Part shown: one piece after another, positions 1 through 9,374 of the stretch
Position numbering within the stretch: position 1 is the stretch's first letter
Layout of the letters: each line of letters begins with the position of its first letter
Origin: an uncultured Bacteroidales bacterium
Lineage (GTDB): Bacteria; Bacteroidota; Bacteroidia; Bacteroidales; UBA3663
Assembly: GCA_902779265.1 (NCBI GenBank)
Contig: CACZAY010000003.1
Location: 1-44,848, forward strand
DNA length: 44,848 bases
Direction: 5' to 3'
Notes under the pieces: model-generated
The model's input: the letters and a program-made list of their open reading frames with translations, nothing else
Told to the model about the DNA's origin: nothing
Databases searched by the model: none
Program-made: the position numbers and the translations under genes

Positions 1-111
1 CAGCGCGACGGCAAAGACCATCGCCACGTCGAACAGGTTGGACACAACCGACATCGGGTCGTCCTCTTCGGCCAATCCGCCGAATGGAGTGTTGTTACGT
101 CGTTTCAGCAT
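1..111 (-). CDS. Small membrane protein, N-terminal fragment (DUF2149/ExbD-like partner of MotA/ExbB); continues past the window edge
   Basis: A minus-strand ATG at 111-109 reads MLKRRNNTPFGGLAEEDDPMSVVSNLFDVAMVFAVAL and ends in a hydrophobic segment. The start overlaps the stop of the upstream MotA-like ORF (ATGCTGA), which suggests an operon. Confidence 0.4.
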   Translation of the reverse strand, partial: MLKRRNNTPFGGLAEEDDPMSVVSNLFDVAMVFAVAL

Positions 112-482
112 AGCAGGTCGGCAAGGAATTGAAGGTTGACACGGTCGTGCTGATACCAACGCGACTTGACCTGGCCGGTGATGAAGCCGATGGCAGCCGA
201 AAACAGTCCGACCACCGTCGTAGCGAAGGCCACCTGCATGTTGTAGGCCATCGAAGCAATGTCGCCCGAGGCCAGTCCGACCAGCGCCGGGCCCATCGGG
301 ATGAGCGTGCCCATCAGGCCGAGCATCGGTCCCATCTTGGCCAATGTCTTACTCGACGCGAGGTCATCGGCCGCAGCAATCTCGAAGTCGGACAGCAGTT
401 TCTGCAGGTGCGCCTCGCTGTCGCGGTGGGCGAGCATCTGACGCATGTAGTCTATGGCCAATGTCCAGTCTGTCTGGAACAT
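105..482 (-). CDS. MotA/TolQ/ExbB proton-channel family protein (short form)
   Basis: The 125-aa ORF contains the MGPMLGLMGTLIPMGPALVGLASGD...AFATTVVGL signature typical of the ExbB/TolQ C-terminal channel helices. Confidence 0.75.
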   Translation of the reverse strand: MFQTDWTLAIDYMRQMLAHRDSEAHLQKLLSDFEIAAADDLASSKTLAKMGPMLGLMGTLIPMGPALVGLASGDIASMAYNMQVAFATTVVGLFSAAIGFITGQVKSRWYQHDRVNLQFLADLLC

Positions 483-515
483 TGGCCATAAATATTATGG
501 ATAAGAAGCTGGAAA

Positions 516-1187
516 TCAGAACTTGTATTTCAGTCCGGCGAGCGCCATGCCCTGTTCGCCGATGCCCACTTCGACATAGGCGCGCACCTGCTGGCTACCC
601 GCCTCGATGCCGAGCAGGGTGGTCTGGAAGTTCGGGATGACGGTCGTGTCGGTGAAGTCAGTGCCGCCGTCCACATCGTCCTCCTGATGCTCGAACATGA
701 AACTGACTCCCAGGCCAGCTTTCGAGTAAAGGCCGAAATAGCGGCAGCGCAGCCAGTCAATCTTCGCCATCGGGATGAGGCTCAGGTTGCGTCTTGTGGC
801 CTCTCCGCTCTTCTCCATGCGGTGTGAGTCGTTCACGTTGTCGTGCCAGTTGACGTACATGTCGCGCGATGAACCGTTGAAGGCGGCCAATCCGCCCCAG
901 CCGACCACCTTGTTCACGTGCCAATAATACTCGGCCGAGATGGTGGGAAAGGCCTTCTCGTTGCCGTAGGTGTAATAGGCCGTGTTCGTGCCCAACGTCA
1001 CCAGCGTAGTGAGCGTGGCCGACACTGCAATTGAAGTGGCATCGGCCAATGAACTTACGATCTCGGTGAAAGCACCCGCGCCGACCGAAATGCCCACCTC
1101 ATGCTTCGTGTTGTAATACTGCGACTGCGCGCTGGCATTGGCCGTCATCATCATTGTGGCCAATGCGATTGACAAGATTTTTTTCAT
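516..1187 (-). CDS. Outer-membrane beta-barrel protein (OmpW/porin-like)
   Basis: Signal peptide MKKILSIALATMMMTANASAQ, alternating aromatic/Gly beta-strand pattern, and a C-terminal ...GLKYKF ending in Phe. Confidence 0.7.
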   Translation of the reverse strand: MKKILSIALATMMMTANASAQSQYYNTKHEVGISVGAGAFTEIVSSLADATSIAVSATLTTLVTLGTNTAYYTYGNEKAFPTISAEYYWHVNKVVGWGGLAAFNGSSRDMYVNWHDNVNDSHRMEKSGEATRRNLSLIPMAKIDWLRCRYFGLYSKAGLGVSFMFEHQEDDVDGGTDFTDTTVIPNFQTTLLGIEAGSQQVRAYVEVGIGEQGMALAGLKYKF

Positions 1188-1206
1188 TTGTTACAGTTTT
1201 GTATTT

Positions 1207-3525
1207 TCATCGTCCGCTCTCCTCGATCATCTCGCGGAGCTTCCGGTTGAAGTCGTTGGCCGATGCCAGCTGCTCGATGTTCAGGTGCATACGGTAGCGC
1301 CAGTAGTGACGCGGATTGGCCGGGATGTTGATGCGTTCGGCGTCGGCATCGGGGTGGCGCAGCGTGCCGTCCAATGCGAGCCAGTCTTGTAGCGGCAGGA
1401 TGCACAGCAGCGACGGACATTCGAGATGTTGGCCGATGATTTTCCCGCACACCTCCGGCGTGGCTTCGAGCGGCGCATCGCCCGTCATGCCCAGTTCGTC
1501 GGTCCAGTAGGCCTGCGTCTGCTCGCGGTCCATCGCCCACCATTGGCGCAGCGTCTCGGTGTCGTGGCTGCCCGTCGTGCAGACGCTCAGTTCCGGATAG
1601 TCCGCCACGTGGCCGAAACGCGATTCGAGGCTCTTCGGCATACGCTGGATTTCGAGCGTCAGGATGTCGAGCTGCTTCATCACCCACGGCACACATTCCG
1701 GCACCATGCCCAGATCCTCGCCGCACACGATCATCTGCGTGGCGTTGACCAGCTGCGGCAGCTTGCGCATAGCCTGCTCGTACCAGTACTGGTTGTGGCG
1801 GTGGTAGAAGAAATCTTCGTGCAGGCGGCAGAAAGCATCCTTCTCCCACTGCTGCAGGCGCGTGAAGAGGTAGTCGTTCATGGCCATGATGCGCGGATGG
1901 TACAGCTCCGGATTCCTGTGGTCGGGCAGGAAAAGCACGTTGCTGATGAGGGCATACAGGCCGTCGCGCATCGCCAGATTCCGCTCCTTGCGCTTCCCGC
2001 TGTAGAACAGTTCCACCTTGCGCTGCGTGTCAAACTGCGGCTTCATCGCCCAGATGTCGTCGTGCTGCCAGTCGAGGAACGTCTCCTTGACGAACTGCAC
2101 GGGGTCCTTCCCCTCGTAGGCCGGCGATTCGCCCTCTTTTTCTTGGCCGATGAACCTGCGCAGCGGACCGAACGTGCGTTCCAGCAGGTCATTGTTGATG
2201 AACGGCCGCGTCATGAACTCCTTCTGGAACGGCAGGCCGTAGCTCTCGATCTCCTCCACCGACATCGGAATGGCTGGCGAGAACTGCCCCAACAGTCCGT
2301 GGACGGCATCGGCCGGAATCTCCCAGATGCGGAAGAAGCCCAGGATGTGGTCGATGCGGTAGGCCGAAAAATAGGCCGACATACGCCGGAAACGGTTCTT
2401 CCACCAGCGCAGCCCGTCGCACAGCATCCGCTCCCAGTTGTAGGTCGGGAAGCCCCAGTTCTGGCCGTTCACCGAGAAGGCATCGGGCGGCGCACCCGTC
2501 TGTCCCTTCATGTTGAAGCACTCCGGCTCCGTCCACGTCTCGACCGACGCACGGTTCACGCCGATCGGAATGTCACCCTTCAGGATGACCTCCTTCTGCC
2601 GCGCGTAGAGGCTCACCGCGAGCAGCTGGCAGTGCAGGACGTACTGCACGTAACAGTAGAACTGCACCAGTGGCCGCACCTCGGGCCGATTGGCATATTG
2701 GCCGATGGCATTCGCGTCGTAGGTCGAGAATTGCGGCCAACGCCGGCTGTCCGACGTCCCGAACTTGTCGCGCAGGACCGAAAACACCGCATACGGCATC
2801 AGCCAGTCGCTGTTGTTGCGCGCAAACACCTCATATCCCGCGCTGGCCAGCATCTCGGCCCCCACCTGCTCAAAGATGTCGTGCAGGTAGGCCCGCTTGG
2901 CATCGTTCACCGCCACGTAGTCGATTTTGTCCAATGCGTTCAGTTCGCGCCGTTTCTGTTCGTAGGCCGATGCCTTTTCCTGGTCGGCCAATGGCGGCAG
3001 CTGCCTGATGTCCACATACTGCGGGTGGTAGGCATAGACCGAAATCGCGTTGTACGGATACGAATCCGTCCACGTGTAGTTGCTCGTCGTGTCGTTGATG
3101 GGCAGGATCTGCACCGCCTTCATCCCGACCGATGCCGCCCAGTCGATCATCGCACGCAAGTCGCCCAGGTCGCCCACGCCGAAGCTGCCCTCGCTGCGCA
3201 GCGAGAAGACCGGCACGGCCACGCCGGCCACCCGCTCGGCATCGTTCCAGTGGTCGCGCATCGTGTCGTCGTTGCGCACGGTGCAGGTCCGAATCACATG
3301 GGGCAGGGCTGCCAGTTCGCGGCGGGTGCATCGGCCATCCACCCAGATACTGTAGCGGTACAGCAGCGGCACGCAGCCCGTGGGCAGTTCCACCTCGGCC
3401 GAGCCGTGCCACATGACGCCATCGGCCGTATTCAGGAAGACCGGGACCGTGTCGTTGCTGCCCAAGTTGACGGCCACCGATTCGCCCCAACGTGTGCGAT
3501 ATTCAATCTCGAAGTTCAGTTTCAT
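1207..3525 (-). CDS. malQ: 4-alpha-glucanotransferase (GH77 amylomaltase) with an N-terminal CBM20-like starch-binding domain
   Basis: The ORF 1207..3609 was trimmed to the internal start MKLNFEIEYRTRWGESV (CBM20-like). GH77 motifs are present: RIDHILGFFRIW, CGEDLGMVP, GSHDT. Confidence 0.9.
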   Translation of the reverse strand: MKLNFEIEYRTRWGESVAVNLGSNDTVPVFLNTADGVMWHGSAEVELPTGCVPLLYRYSIWVDGRCTRRELAALPHVIRTCTVRNDDTMRDHWNDAERVAGVAVPVFSLRSEGSFGVGDLGDLRAMIDWAASVGMKAVQILPINDTTSNYTWTDSYPYNAISVYAYHPQYVDIRQLPPLADQEKASAYEQKRRELNALDKIDYVAVNDAKRAYLHDIFEQVGAEMLASAGYEVFARNNSDWLMPYAVFSVLRDKFGTSDSRRWPQFSTYDANAIGQYANRPEVRPLVQFYCYVQYVLHCQLLAVSLYARQKEVILKGDIPIGVNRASVETWTEPECFNMKGQTGAPPDAFSVNGQNWGFPTYNWERMLCDGLRWWKNRFRRMSAYFSAYRIDHILGFFRIWEIPADAVHGLLGQFSPAIPMSVEEIESYGLPFQKEFMTRPFINNDLLERTFGPLRRFIGQEKEGESPAYEGKDPVQFVKETFLDWQHDDIWAMKPQFDTQRKVELFYSGKRKERNLAMRDGLYALISNVLFLPDHRNPELYHPRIMAMNDYLFTRLQQWEKDAFCRLHEDFFYHRHNQYWYEQAMRKLPQLVNATQMIVCGEDLGMVPECVPWVMKQLDILTLEIQRMPKSLESRFGHVADYPELSVCTTGSHDTETLRQWWAMDREQTQAYWTDELGMTGDAPLEATPEVCGKIIGQHLECPSLLCILPLQDWLALDGTLRHPDADAERINIPANPRHYWRYRMHLNIEQLASANDFNRKLREMIEESGR

Positions 3526-3646
3526 TTCTATGGTTGTAAAAAGTGGTAAAACAGGAGTAAAAGTCGGGATGAAACATTGGCCACTGTAATCTGTAATTCG
3601 TCGTTGCAATCATAGTGAACAAGTCATCAGTGCGCTTTTTTGCGGG

Positions 3647-3654
3647 CAAAAGTA
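3647..3654 (-). promoter_or_regulatory. Bacteroidota -7 box (TAnnTTTG) upstream of malQ
   Basis: The reverse complement reads TACTTTTG, about 120 nt upstream of the malQ ATG. Confidence 0.35.
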
Positions 3655-3813
3655 GGGCATTTTGCCGAATATTCCAAAAAAATGTGGGGAAAGTTTGGCG
3701 GGAATCCTCACATTTGGGGATATGGGTTGTCTTGGCCAATGCCTTTCATCCTGATTTTGTAGCGTCATTTCCACATAATCCTGAATTTTTTTGGCGCAGT
3801 GGCAAAATAATGC

Positions 3814-3821
3814 TATCTTTG
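3814..3821 (+). promoter_or_regulatory. Bacteroidota -7 box with no nearby ORF (orphan promoter)
   Basis: TATCTTTG preceded by TTTG about 20 nt upstream. The next credible start (LRR gene) is 450 nt downstream. Confidence 0.4.
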
Positions 3822-4536
3822 CGGCGCAATTCTCTTGGCAGAGACTCACTTGGGTTTCTCCGGGAGGGTTGACTCCCGATGATCATGCCCGCTCGGGGCA
3901 CCGTCGTCGCGGGGTTTTTATGGAAGACGTTTGCTTACGTTTGTTCTTGGTGATCCAAAAAACTTCCACAATTTGAATTAGCATCAAGAAACAAAGCAGT
4001 GGTAGATGATCTATGGGATAAGTATGCCCAGCTACAGTCATGTAGTGGCCAATGCCGGCCGCCGCAAGACGCGTGGCTATTCATACTTATGACGTGGGTT
4101 TCTGCAGCACTGCTCGTTTCTGAGCTAATGGGCTGTGGAAGGCCTTTGGATCGCGGGACGGGCAAAGTGACAGCCGCCTGCGTCTTTCTTTTTAAAACGA
4201 CACTAATGCTGAATCTGGGGAGGGCTATAGGAAATGTATTTAAGGAGATTCACTTTTTTATTCATTTTATTATGAAATCTAATTTACATACCATTTTGCT
4301 CACGGCATTATTGATGCTGTTCGGGCAATCGCTTTTCGCCCACGATTTTGAAGTGGACGGCATTTATTACAAATATTTGTCTCAAGAGGACAAGACGGTA
4401 AGCGTATCTTATCGAGGAAGTTCGTCTGATGAATATTCCAACGAATACTCTGGCGATGTCGTGATTCCATCTTCTGTCACCTATAATGGAACTACCTACA
4501 GCGTGACGTACATCGGCGGCCAAGCGTTCTGTGACT

Positions 4537-5735
4537 GCACGAGTCTGACGAACATCAAGATTCCAAGCAGTGTGACAAGCATCGGCTACGGTGCGTTCTG
4601 TGGCTGCACGGGGCTGACGAGCATCGAGATTCCAAGCAGTGTGACGAGCATCGGCAACTTGGTGTTCTGGGGCTGTACAGGATTGACGAGCATCGAGATT
4701 CCAAACGGCGTGACGAGCATCGGCGAGTGGGTGTTCTCTTATTGCACGGGACTGACGAGCATCGAGATTCCAAGCAGTGTGACGAGCATTTTAAACAATG
4801 CGTTCGAGGGTTGTGAGAAACTGGAATACAACGAATATGACAATGCTCTCTACCTGGGCAATACGGATAATCCCTATGTTGCATTAATCAAGCCGAAATC
4901 AAAGGAGATTGCAACTTGTGATATCCATGAAAATTGTAAAGTCATACTGTACAATGCGTTCTCCGGCTGTTCGTCGCTTGAATCTATTGCCTTGCCTTTT
5001 GTGGGAGACAAGCCCCACACGGCAACCGACACCTACCAATATCCATTTGGATATATTTTTGGAACGGATAGTTATGCGGGAGGAACGGCGACAAAACAAT
5101 ATTACTATGGCAGCAGCACAAGTAGCACGACATTTGCCACCTATTACATTCCGTCATCGCTGAATTCGGTGAAAATCACGGGAAGTAGTTATATTCCGTA
5201 TGGTGCGTTCCGTGGCTGCACAGGTCTGACGAGCATCACGATTCCAAGCAGCGTGACGAGCATCGGCGGGTATGCGTTCTATGGCTGCACGGGTCTGACG
5301 AGCATCGAGATTCCGAGCAGTGTGACGAGCATCGGCGACATGGCGTTCAATAAATGCCTTGGTCTGACGAGCATCGAGCTTCCAAGCAGCGTGACGAGCA
5401 TCGGCTACGGTGCGTTCTCTAATTGCACAGGTCTGACGAGCATCGAGATTCCAAGCAGCGTGACCAGCATCGGCAAATATGCGTTCTATAGTTGCTCGGG
5501 ACTGACGAGCATCGAGATTCCAAGCAGCGTGACCAGCATCGGCGACTATGCGTTCCAAGGCTGCTCAGGTCTGACGAGCGTTGTGATTCCAAGCAGCGTG
5601 ACGAGCATCGGCGACTATGCGTTCCAAGGCTGCAGGCTGCTCAGGTCTGACGAGCGTTGTGATTCCAAGCAGCGTGACGAGCATCGGCGACTATGCGTTC
5701 CAAGGCTGCACTGGCCTGACGAGCATCATCTGTTT
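4537..5735 (+). repeat. Array of about 69-bp (23-codon) LRR units with high nucleotide identity
   Basis: The string ctgacgagcatcgagattccaagcag(c/t)gtgac(g/c)agcatcggc recurs many times in phase. Confidence 0.85.
5559..5710 (+). repeat. Perfect 76-bp tandem duplication (5559-5634 and 5635-5710) inside the LRR gene
   Basis: The unit ggctgctcaggtctgacgagcgttgtgattccaagcagcgtgacgagcatcggcgactatgcgttccaaggctgca occurs twice back to back. Since 76 is not a multiple of 3, the duplication shifts the frame. Confidence 0.85.
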
Positions 5736-6397
5736 AGCATATTATTCACCAACGTGCACTTCTTCTACTTTTGAATATGTTGACAAGAAGGCTTGTTCGC
5801 TCTATGTGCCTGATGAAGCCCTCTCTTACTATAAGAGAGCAGATGGTTGGAAGGATTTTTTTAACATTCAGGGCATTTCGACAGGCATCGGGCAAATTGA
5901 ATCAGATGTCCCATCGGACAAGACCTATATCGACCTGACGGGCAGGAAGGTTGTCACACCGCGACGTGGACAGCTGTATCTGCATGACGGCAAGAAAGCC
6001 ATTGTGCAATAAACATCGGCCAAATCTCATCAGAAGCGAATTTCTCCACGTGGGGAATTCGTTTCTGCTATTCCGCCGTCGCAGCGACTGGGACGAGTAC
6101 GAACAGCGGTAAAACCACGAATCCATTATAGAAACGATTTCCCGAAGGGAAGAGCCAACTTTGGAAATGATCAAGAGCCCCAAAATTGCATAATTCACTT
6201 TCCAAAAAGCTAAAATTTCACGAAAAATCACTTTTTGAAAAGTGAATCAGCGCATCCCGCTGTGGATGTTCGGACTGCAATATTAACCGGAAAGATGTAA
6301 CATCACGAAACGGCGTCTGTCAAGTCCATTTCGCCGAATTATCCGACATTTTGTTCGGAAAGTTCGCCATTCGTTTGCATATTTGGAAAATATGCGC

Positions 6398-6405
6398 TAT
6401 CTTCG
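6398..6405 (+). promoter_or_regulatory. Imperfect -7 box (TATCTTCG) upstream of purD
   Basis: Lies 66 nt upstream of the purD ATG and has one mismatch to TAnnTTTG. Confidence 0.3.
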
Positions 6406-6470
6406 CGGTTGATTTTCAGCAAAATCGCCCTTCTGAGGGGCTAAAACAAACAAAATTCAACAAAAAAATC

Positions 6471-7811
6471 ATGAAGGTTCTGCTGCTGGGAAGTGGTGGC
6501 CGCGAGTGCGCCATCGCCTGGAAATTGGCCCAAAGTGCCAAGTGTGACAAACTCTACATCGCGCCCGGAAATGCCGGCACATCGGCCTATGGCGAAAACG
6601 TCGCCATCAAGGTCAACGAATTTGACAGGATTGCCGACTTCTGCGCCGCGCAGCACATCGACATGATTGTCGTCGGCCCCGAAGACCCGCTCGTCAACGG
6701 CATCGTCGATTTTATGGCCAATGTGCCAGGCGCGCCGAAGGTCATCGGCCCAACAAAAGCCGCCGCACAGCTCGAAGGCTCGAAGGATTTCGCCAAGGGA
6801 TTCATGTCGCGCCACGGCATCCCGACGGCCCGCTACCGCAGTTTTACGGCCAATGAATATGACGAGGCATGCCAGTTCCTCGCAACACTCCAGGCTCCAT
6901 ACGTGCTGAAGGCCGACGGTCTGGCCGCAGGCAAAGGCGTGCTCATCCTGCCCACATTGGACGAGGCCAAGCAGGAGCTGAAGGAGATGCTGAACGGAAT
7001 GTTCGGCGCAGCATCGGCCACGGTGGTCATTGAGGAGTTCATGTCGGGCATCGAATGCTCCGTGTTCGTCTTGACCGACGGCGAGGGCCACTACAAGATC
7101 CTGCCCGTAGCCAAGGACTACAAGCGCATCGGCGAGGGCGACACCGGACTCAACACCGGCGGAATGGGCAACTGCTCCCCTGTGCCGTTTGCCGACGCCG
7201 AATTCATGCAGAAGGTCGAAGAGCGCATCGTCAAGCCGACCATCGAGGGCTTGAAGGCCGATGGCTTGAAGTACAAGGGCTTCATCTTCCTGGGCCTTAT
7301 CCGCATGGACCGCGACATCCAATGCTACCACGCCGGCGACCCGATGGTCATCGAATATAACGTGCGCATGGGTGACCCCGAGACCGAAGTGGTCATGCCG
7401 CGCATCAAGAGCGACCTGCTCGACCTGCTTGAGGGTGTGGCCGATGGCACATTGGACACGAAGGAGCTCGTCGAAGACCCACGCACAGCCGTGACCGTCG
7501 TGCTCGTGTCGGGCGGCTATCCAGGCTCGTACGAGAAGGGCAAGGTGATGACCGGACTTGACAACGAACTGTTCACGCAGGCTCCAGTCGCTCCGGCCGA
7601 CAACGCACGCAAGAGCATCCTCTTCCACGCCGGAACGGCGCTCAACGCCGAGGGTCAGACCGTCACTGCCGGTGGCCGCGTCATCTGCGTCACATCGTAT
7701 GGCAACGACCGCAACGAGGCATTGGCCCAGTCGATGCGCGGTGCCGAAATCATCAAGTTCGACGGCAAATACTACCGCAGGGACATCGGCCAAGATTTGA
7801 ACCGCTTTTGA
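6471..7811 (+). CDS. purD: Phosphoribosylamine--glycine ligase
   Basis: The ORF 6351..7811 was trimmed to [22 protein letters not shown]-grasp PurD motifs are present: [32 protein letters not shown]. Confidence 0.93.
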   Translation: MKVLLLGSGGRECAIAWKLAQSAKCDKLYIAPGNAGTSAYGENVAIKVNEFDRIADFCAAQHIDMIVVGPEDPLVNGIVDFMANVPGAPKVIGPTKAAAQLEGSKDFAKGFMSRHGIPTARYRSFTANEYDEACQFLATLQAPYVLKADGLAAGKGVLILPTLDEAKQELKEMLNGMFGAASATVVIEEFMSGIECSVFVLTDGEGHYKILPVAKDYKRIGEGDTGLNTGGMGNCSPVPFADAEFMQKVEERIVKPTIEGLKADGLKYKGFIFLGLIRMDRDIQCYHAGDPMVIEYNVRMGDPETEVVMPRIKSDLLDLLEGVADGTLDTKELVEDPRTAVTVVLVSGGYPGSYEKGKVMTGLDNELFTQAPVAPADNARKSILFHAGTALNAEGQTVTAGGRVICVTSYGNDRNEALAQSMRGAEIIKFDGKYYRRDIGQDLNRF

Positions 7812-7986
7812 TTTGAACACCGAATGAAACGAATTAAACAAATTAATTTTTGTCTTCATTCGTGAAATTCGGTGATACATTTCCCCCTGCTACGCGATTT
7901 TATCAATTTTTCTAATCGCTGCGAGGACCCGAGGGAGGGAGATGGCCATACGGACAAAAGTAATTCGTAATTTGTAATCAAAAAAT

Positions 7987-8014
7987 CCCCTCCCCTCGGG
8001 GAGGAAGGGAGGGG
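7987..8014. repeat. GC-rich hairpin CCCCTCCC(n12)GGGAGGGG
   Basis: An 8-bp perfect stem sits just upstream of the 8032 gene. A related CCCTCCC/GGGAGGG hairpin is at 11747-11774, and cccgagggaggg occurs at about 7929-7940. Confidence 0.5.
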
Positions 8015-8031
8015 GTCTTTCTTATTTTTCT

Positions 8032-8961
8032 ATGATTTGGCTTCTGCTCAGTCTCATCGTCATGGTCGTCCAAGGCATCTTGGACATGGCCGATTGGTGG
8101 GTGCTGGGCAGCAATTTTGTGTTGGCCGCAGCGATTGTCGGCGTGGTCGCCTGGACGCTCAACGCGCACGGTCTCTTCAACTTCGCCCATACGGATGTCA
8201 TCCCGCGCGTCATTGCATTGCTTGCGGGAGTGATGAACCTGTCGGCTATCTGTTTGGCCGATGACTTGCCGTTGGGGCGCATCGACCTGCTCGTCGTGGG
8301 CTTCGCGGTCGTATTGCTGCTGGGCGTTACCTGCTGGCAGTCAAGCAGTCTGCCCGTCCACGCCCTGTCGCTGGGCCTGGTCGTCAGCCTGCTCACGCCG
8401 CTCTATTTGCCGTCGCTGTTCTGGTTGGGCATCGTGCTGCTCGTTCTGTTGCATTGCGCCTGTCTGTCGCTTCACAATGCGGCCTGTGTCGTGACGGGCC
8501 TGCTCACCGGCGTCTGGGTCATCTATTGCCTGATGGCGTGGTGGGCCGATGGGGCATTGGCCGACAACTTCCTCCTCTCGTTCCTCTTCGGCTGGGACGA
8601 CGAGCTGCATTACAGCTGGCCGGTGATTATGGCCGATGGGCTTACGCCGTGGCTCTTCCTGGTCCTGGTCGTCGTGCTGACGCTCGGTTCGGCGGTCGTG
8701 GGGCTCTTCTTGGGCAGCTACAACAGCCTGCGTATGCGTTCGAACGTCATGCTGCACACGAACTTGGGCATTCTCCTGCTCGTCATTTTCCAGATTTTTC
8801 TGGCGATGTCCGATGAATTTTCGCGGCAGGCACGCCGTCTGACCACCGTCATTGCCGTCGTCGTGCTGCTGCTCGGCGTGGGCGAACCGCTCCTGCTGAT
8901 GGCCATCGACTTTCTGCGCGGCGTGACTTGGCCGTGGGAGAGCTGGGAGTGGCCGTGGTAA
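8032..8961 (+). CDS. Multi-pass integral membrane protein, unknown function
   Basis: The 309-aa ORF is almost entirely hydrophobic helices, with no recognisable catalytic motif. Host-like GC content. Confidence 0.6.
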   Translation: MIWLLLSLIVMVVQGILDMADWWVLGSNFVLAAAIVGVVAWTLNAHGLFNFAHTDVIPRVIALLAGVMNLSAICLADDLPLGRIDLLVVGFAVVLLLGVTCWQSSSLPVHALSLGLVVSLLTPLYLPSLFWLGIVLLVLLHCACLSLHNAACVVTGLLTGVWVIYCLMAWWADGALADNFLLSFLFGWDDELHYSWPVIMADGLTPWLFLVLVVVLTLGSAVVGLFLGSYNSLRMRSNVMLHTNLGILLLVIFQIFLAMSDEFSRQARRLTTVIAVVVLLLGVGEPLLLMAIDFLRGVTWPWESWEWPW

Positions 8962-9049
8962 GGAAATCGGCACAAATCAAGGGATTTTTTATGCAAAATT
9001 TGGTCGTCTGCAAAATAATATATATTTTTGCGGCCAATGAAACTTAAAC

Positions 9050-9082
9050 CATTTTTGCCAATGAATTGATCAACAGACAAAA
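9050..9082 (+). repeat. R2a: 33-nt relic resembling a truncated AAA-ATPase 5' end (catttttgccaATGaattgatcaacagacaaaa)
   Basis: Identical to 10881-10913 except for one base. It reads MN then stop, but the tail encodes LINRQK, comparable to LIDRQK in the intact ATPase at 9375. Confidence 0.6.
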
Positions 9083-9186
9083 TAACCCTCCACACAAATA
9101 AGCGAACATATTTTCAGCTCGACGAGATATCGTCGGGCTATTTTTAGACTTTCCATTTTCAAAAGATACAATATTTTCCAGCAATA

Positions 9187-9223
9187 TTCGTGATAAGTGT
9201 GTCTAGACACAAAAATATCAAAT
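9187..9223 (+). repeat. R1a: leader module with the 12-bp perfect palindrome GTGTCTAGACAC followed by AAAAATATCAAAT
   Basis: The same 25-mer recurs at 9347-9371, and with one change at 10648-10672. Confidence 0.7.
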
Positions 9224-9324
9224 GGATTAGATGGGAAAACTCAAAAATATGCTGCGAAACCACCATTTATGGAGTTAAATGGCAAAAATAACAAGTAGAA
9301 TTTGGATTGTTAAGAAGAAAATAT

Positions 9325-9332
9325 TACTTTTG
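9325..9332 (+). promoter_or_regulatory. -7 box (TACTTTTG) of the AAA ATPase gene
   Basis: Lies 43 nt upstream of the ATG at 9375. The context gaagaaaatattTACTTTTGCACTCGTGAAAACC is duplicated at 10818-10850. Confidence 0.5.
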
Positions 9333-9334
9333 CA

Positions 9335-9373
9335 CTCGTGAAAACCGTGTCTAGACACAAAAATATCAAATAG
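9335..9373 (+). repeat. R1b: leader module (CTCGTGAAAACC + GTGTCTAGACAC + AAAAATATCAAATAG) abutting the ATPase start codon
   Basis: Direct copy of R1a and R1c. The palindrome is at 9347-9358. Confidence 0.7.
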
Positions 9374-9374
9374 A

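Larger units (their letters stand above)
4272..6012 (+). pseudogene. BspA-type leucine-rich-repeat surface protein with a T9SS C-terminal sorting domain, split by a +1 frameshift
   Basis: Signal peptide MKSNLHTILLTALLMLFGQSLFA, followed by many 23-aa units (GCTGLTSIEIPSSVTSIG.YAF). The frame breaks at 5628-5634. The downstream ORF 5617..6012 continues the repeats and ends in a T9SS-CTD-like tail (YIDLTGRKVVTPRRGQLYLHDGKKAIVQ). Confidence 0.8.

Noticed and set aside
1426-3549. Very long antisense ORFs opposite GC-rich genes: 1426..3549, 6441..7880, 11727..13304, 16552..17505, 17761..18738, 20818..21696, 21608..22807, 24348..25235 and 41973..44453.
   Set aside because: Their translations are Arg/Ala/Gly/His/Val-rich and low in complexity, with no motifs. 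They mirror well-supported genes on the other strand. Stop-poor shadow frames like these are expected in ~60% GC DNA.
3999-4271. N-terminal extensions offered by the ORF track (3999, 6351, 11038, 19375, 19640, 3609, 44546).
   Set aside because: Internal ATGs give canonical signal peptides or conserved N-termini ([65 protein letters not shown]). They also sit at sensible distances from TAnnTTTG boxes, and several of those boxes lie inside the proposed extensions.
4537-5735. Regular 69-bp periodic repeat that could be mistaken for a CRISPR or satellite array.
   Set aside because: It is in-frame coding sequence for 23-aa leucine-rich repeats of a surface protein.
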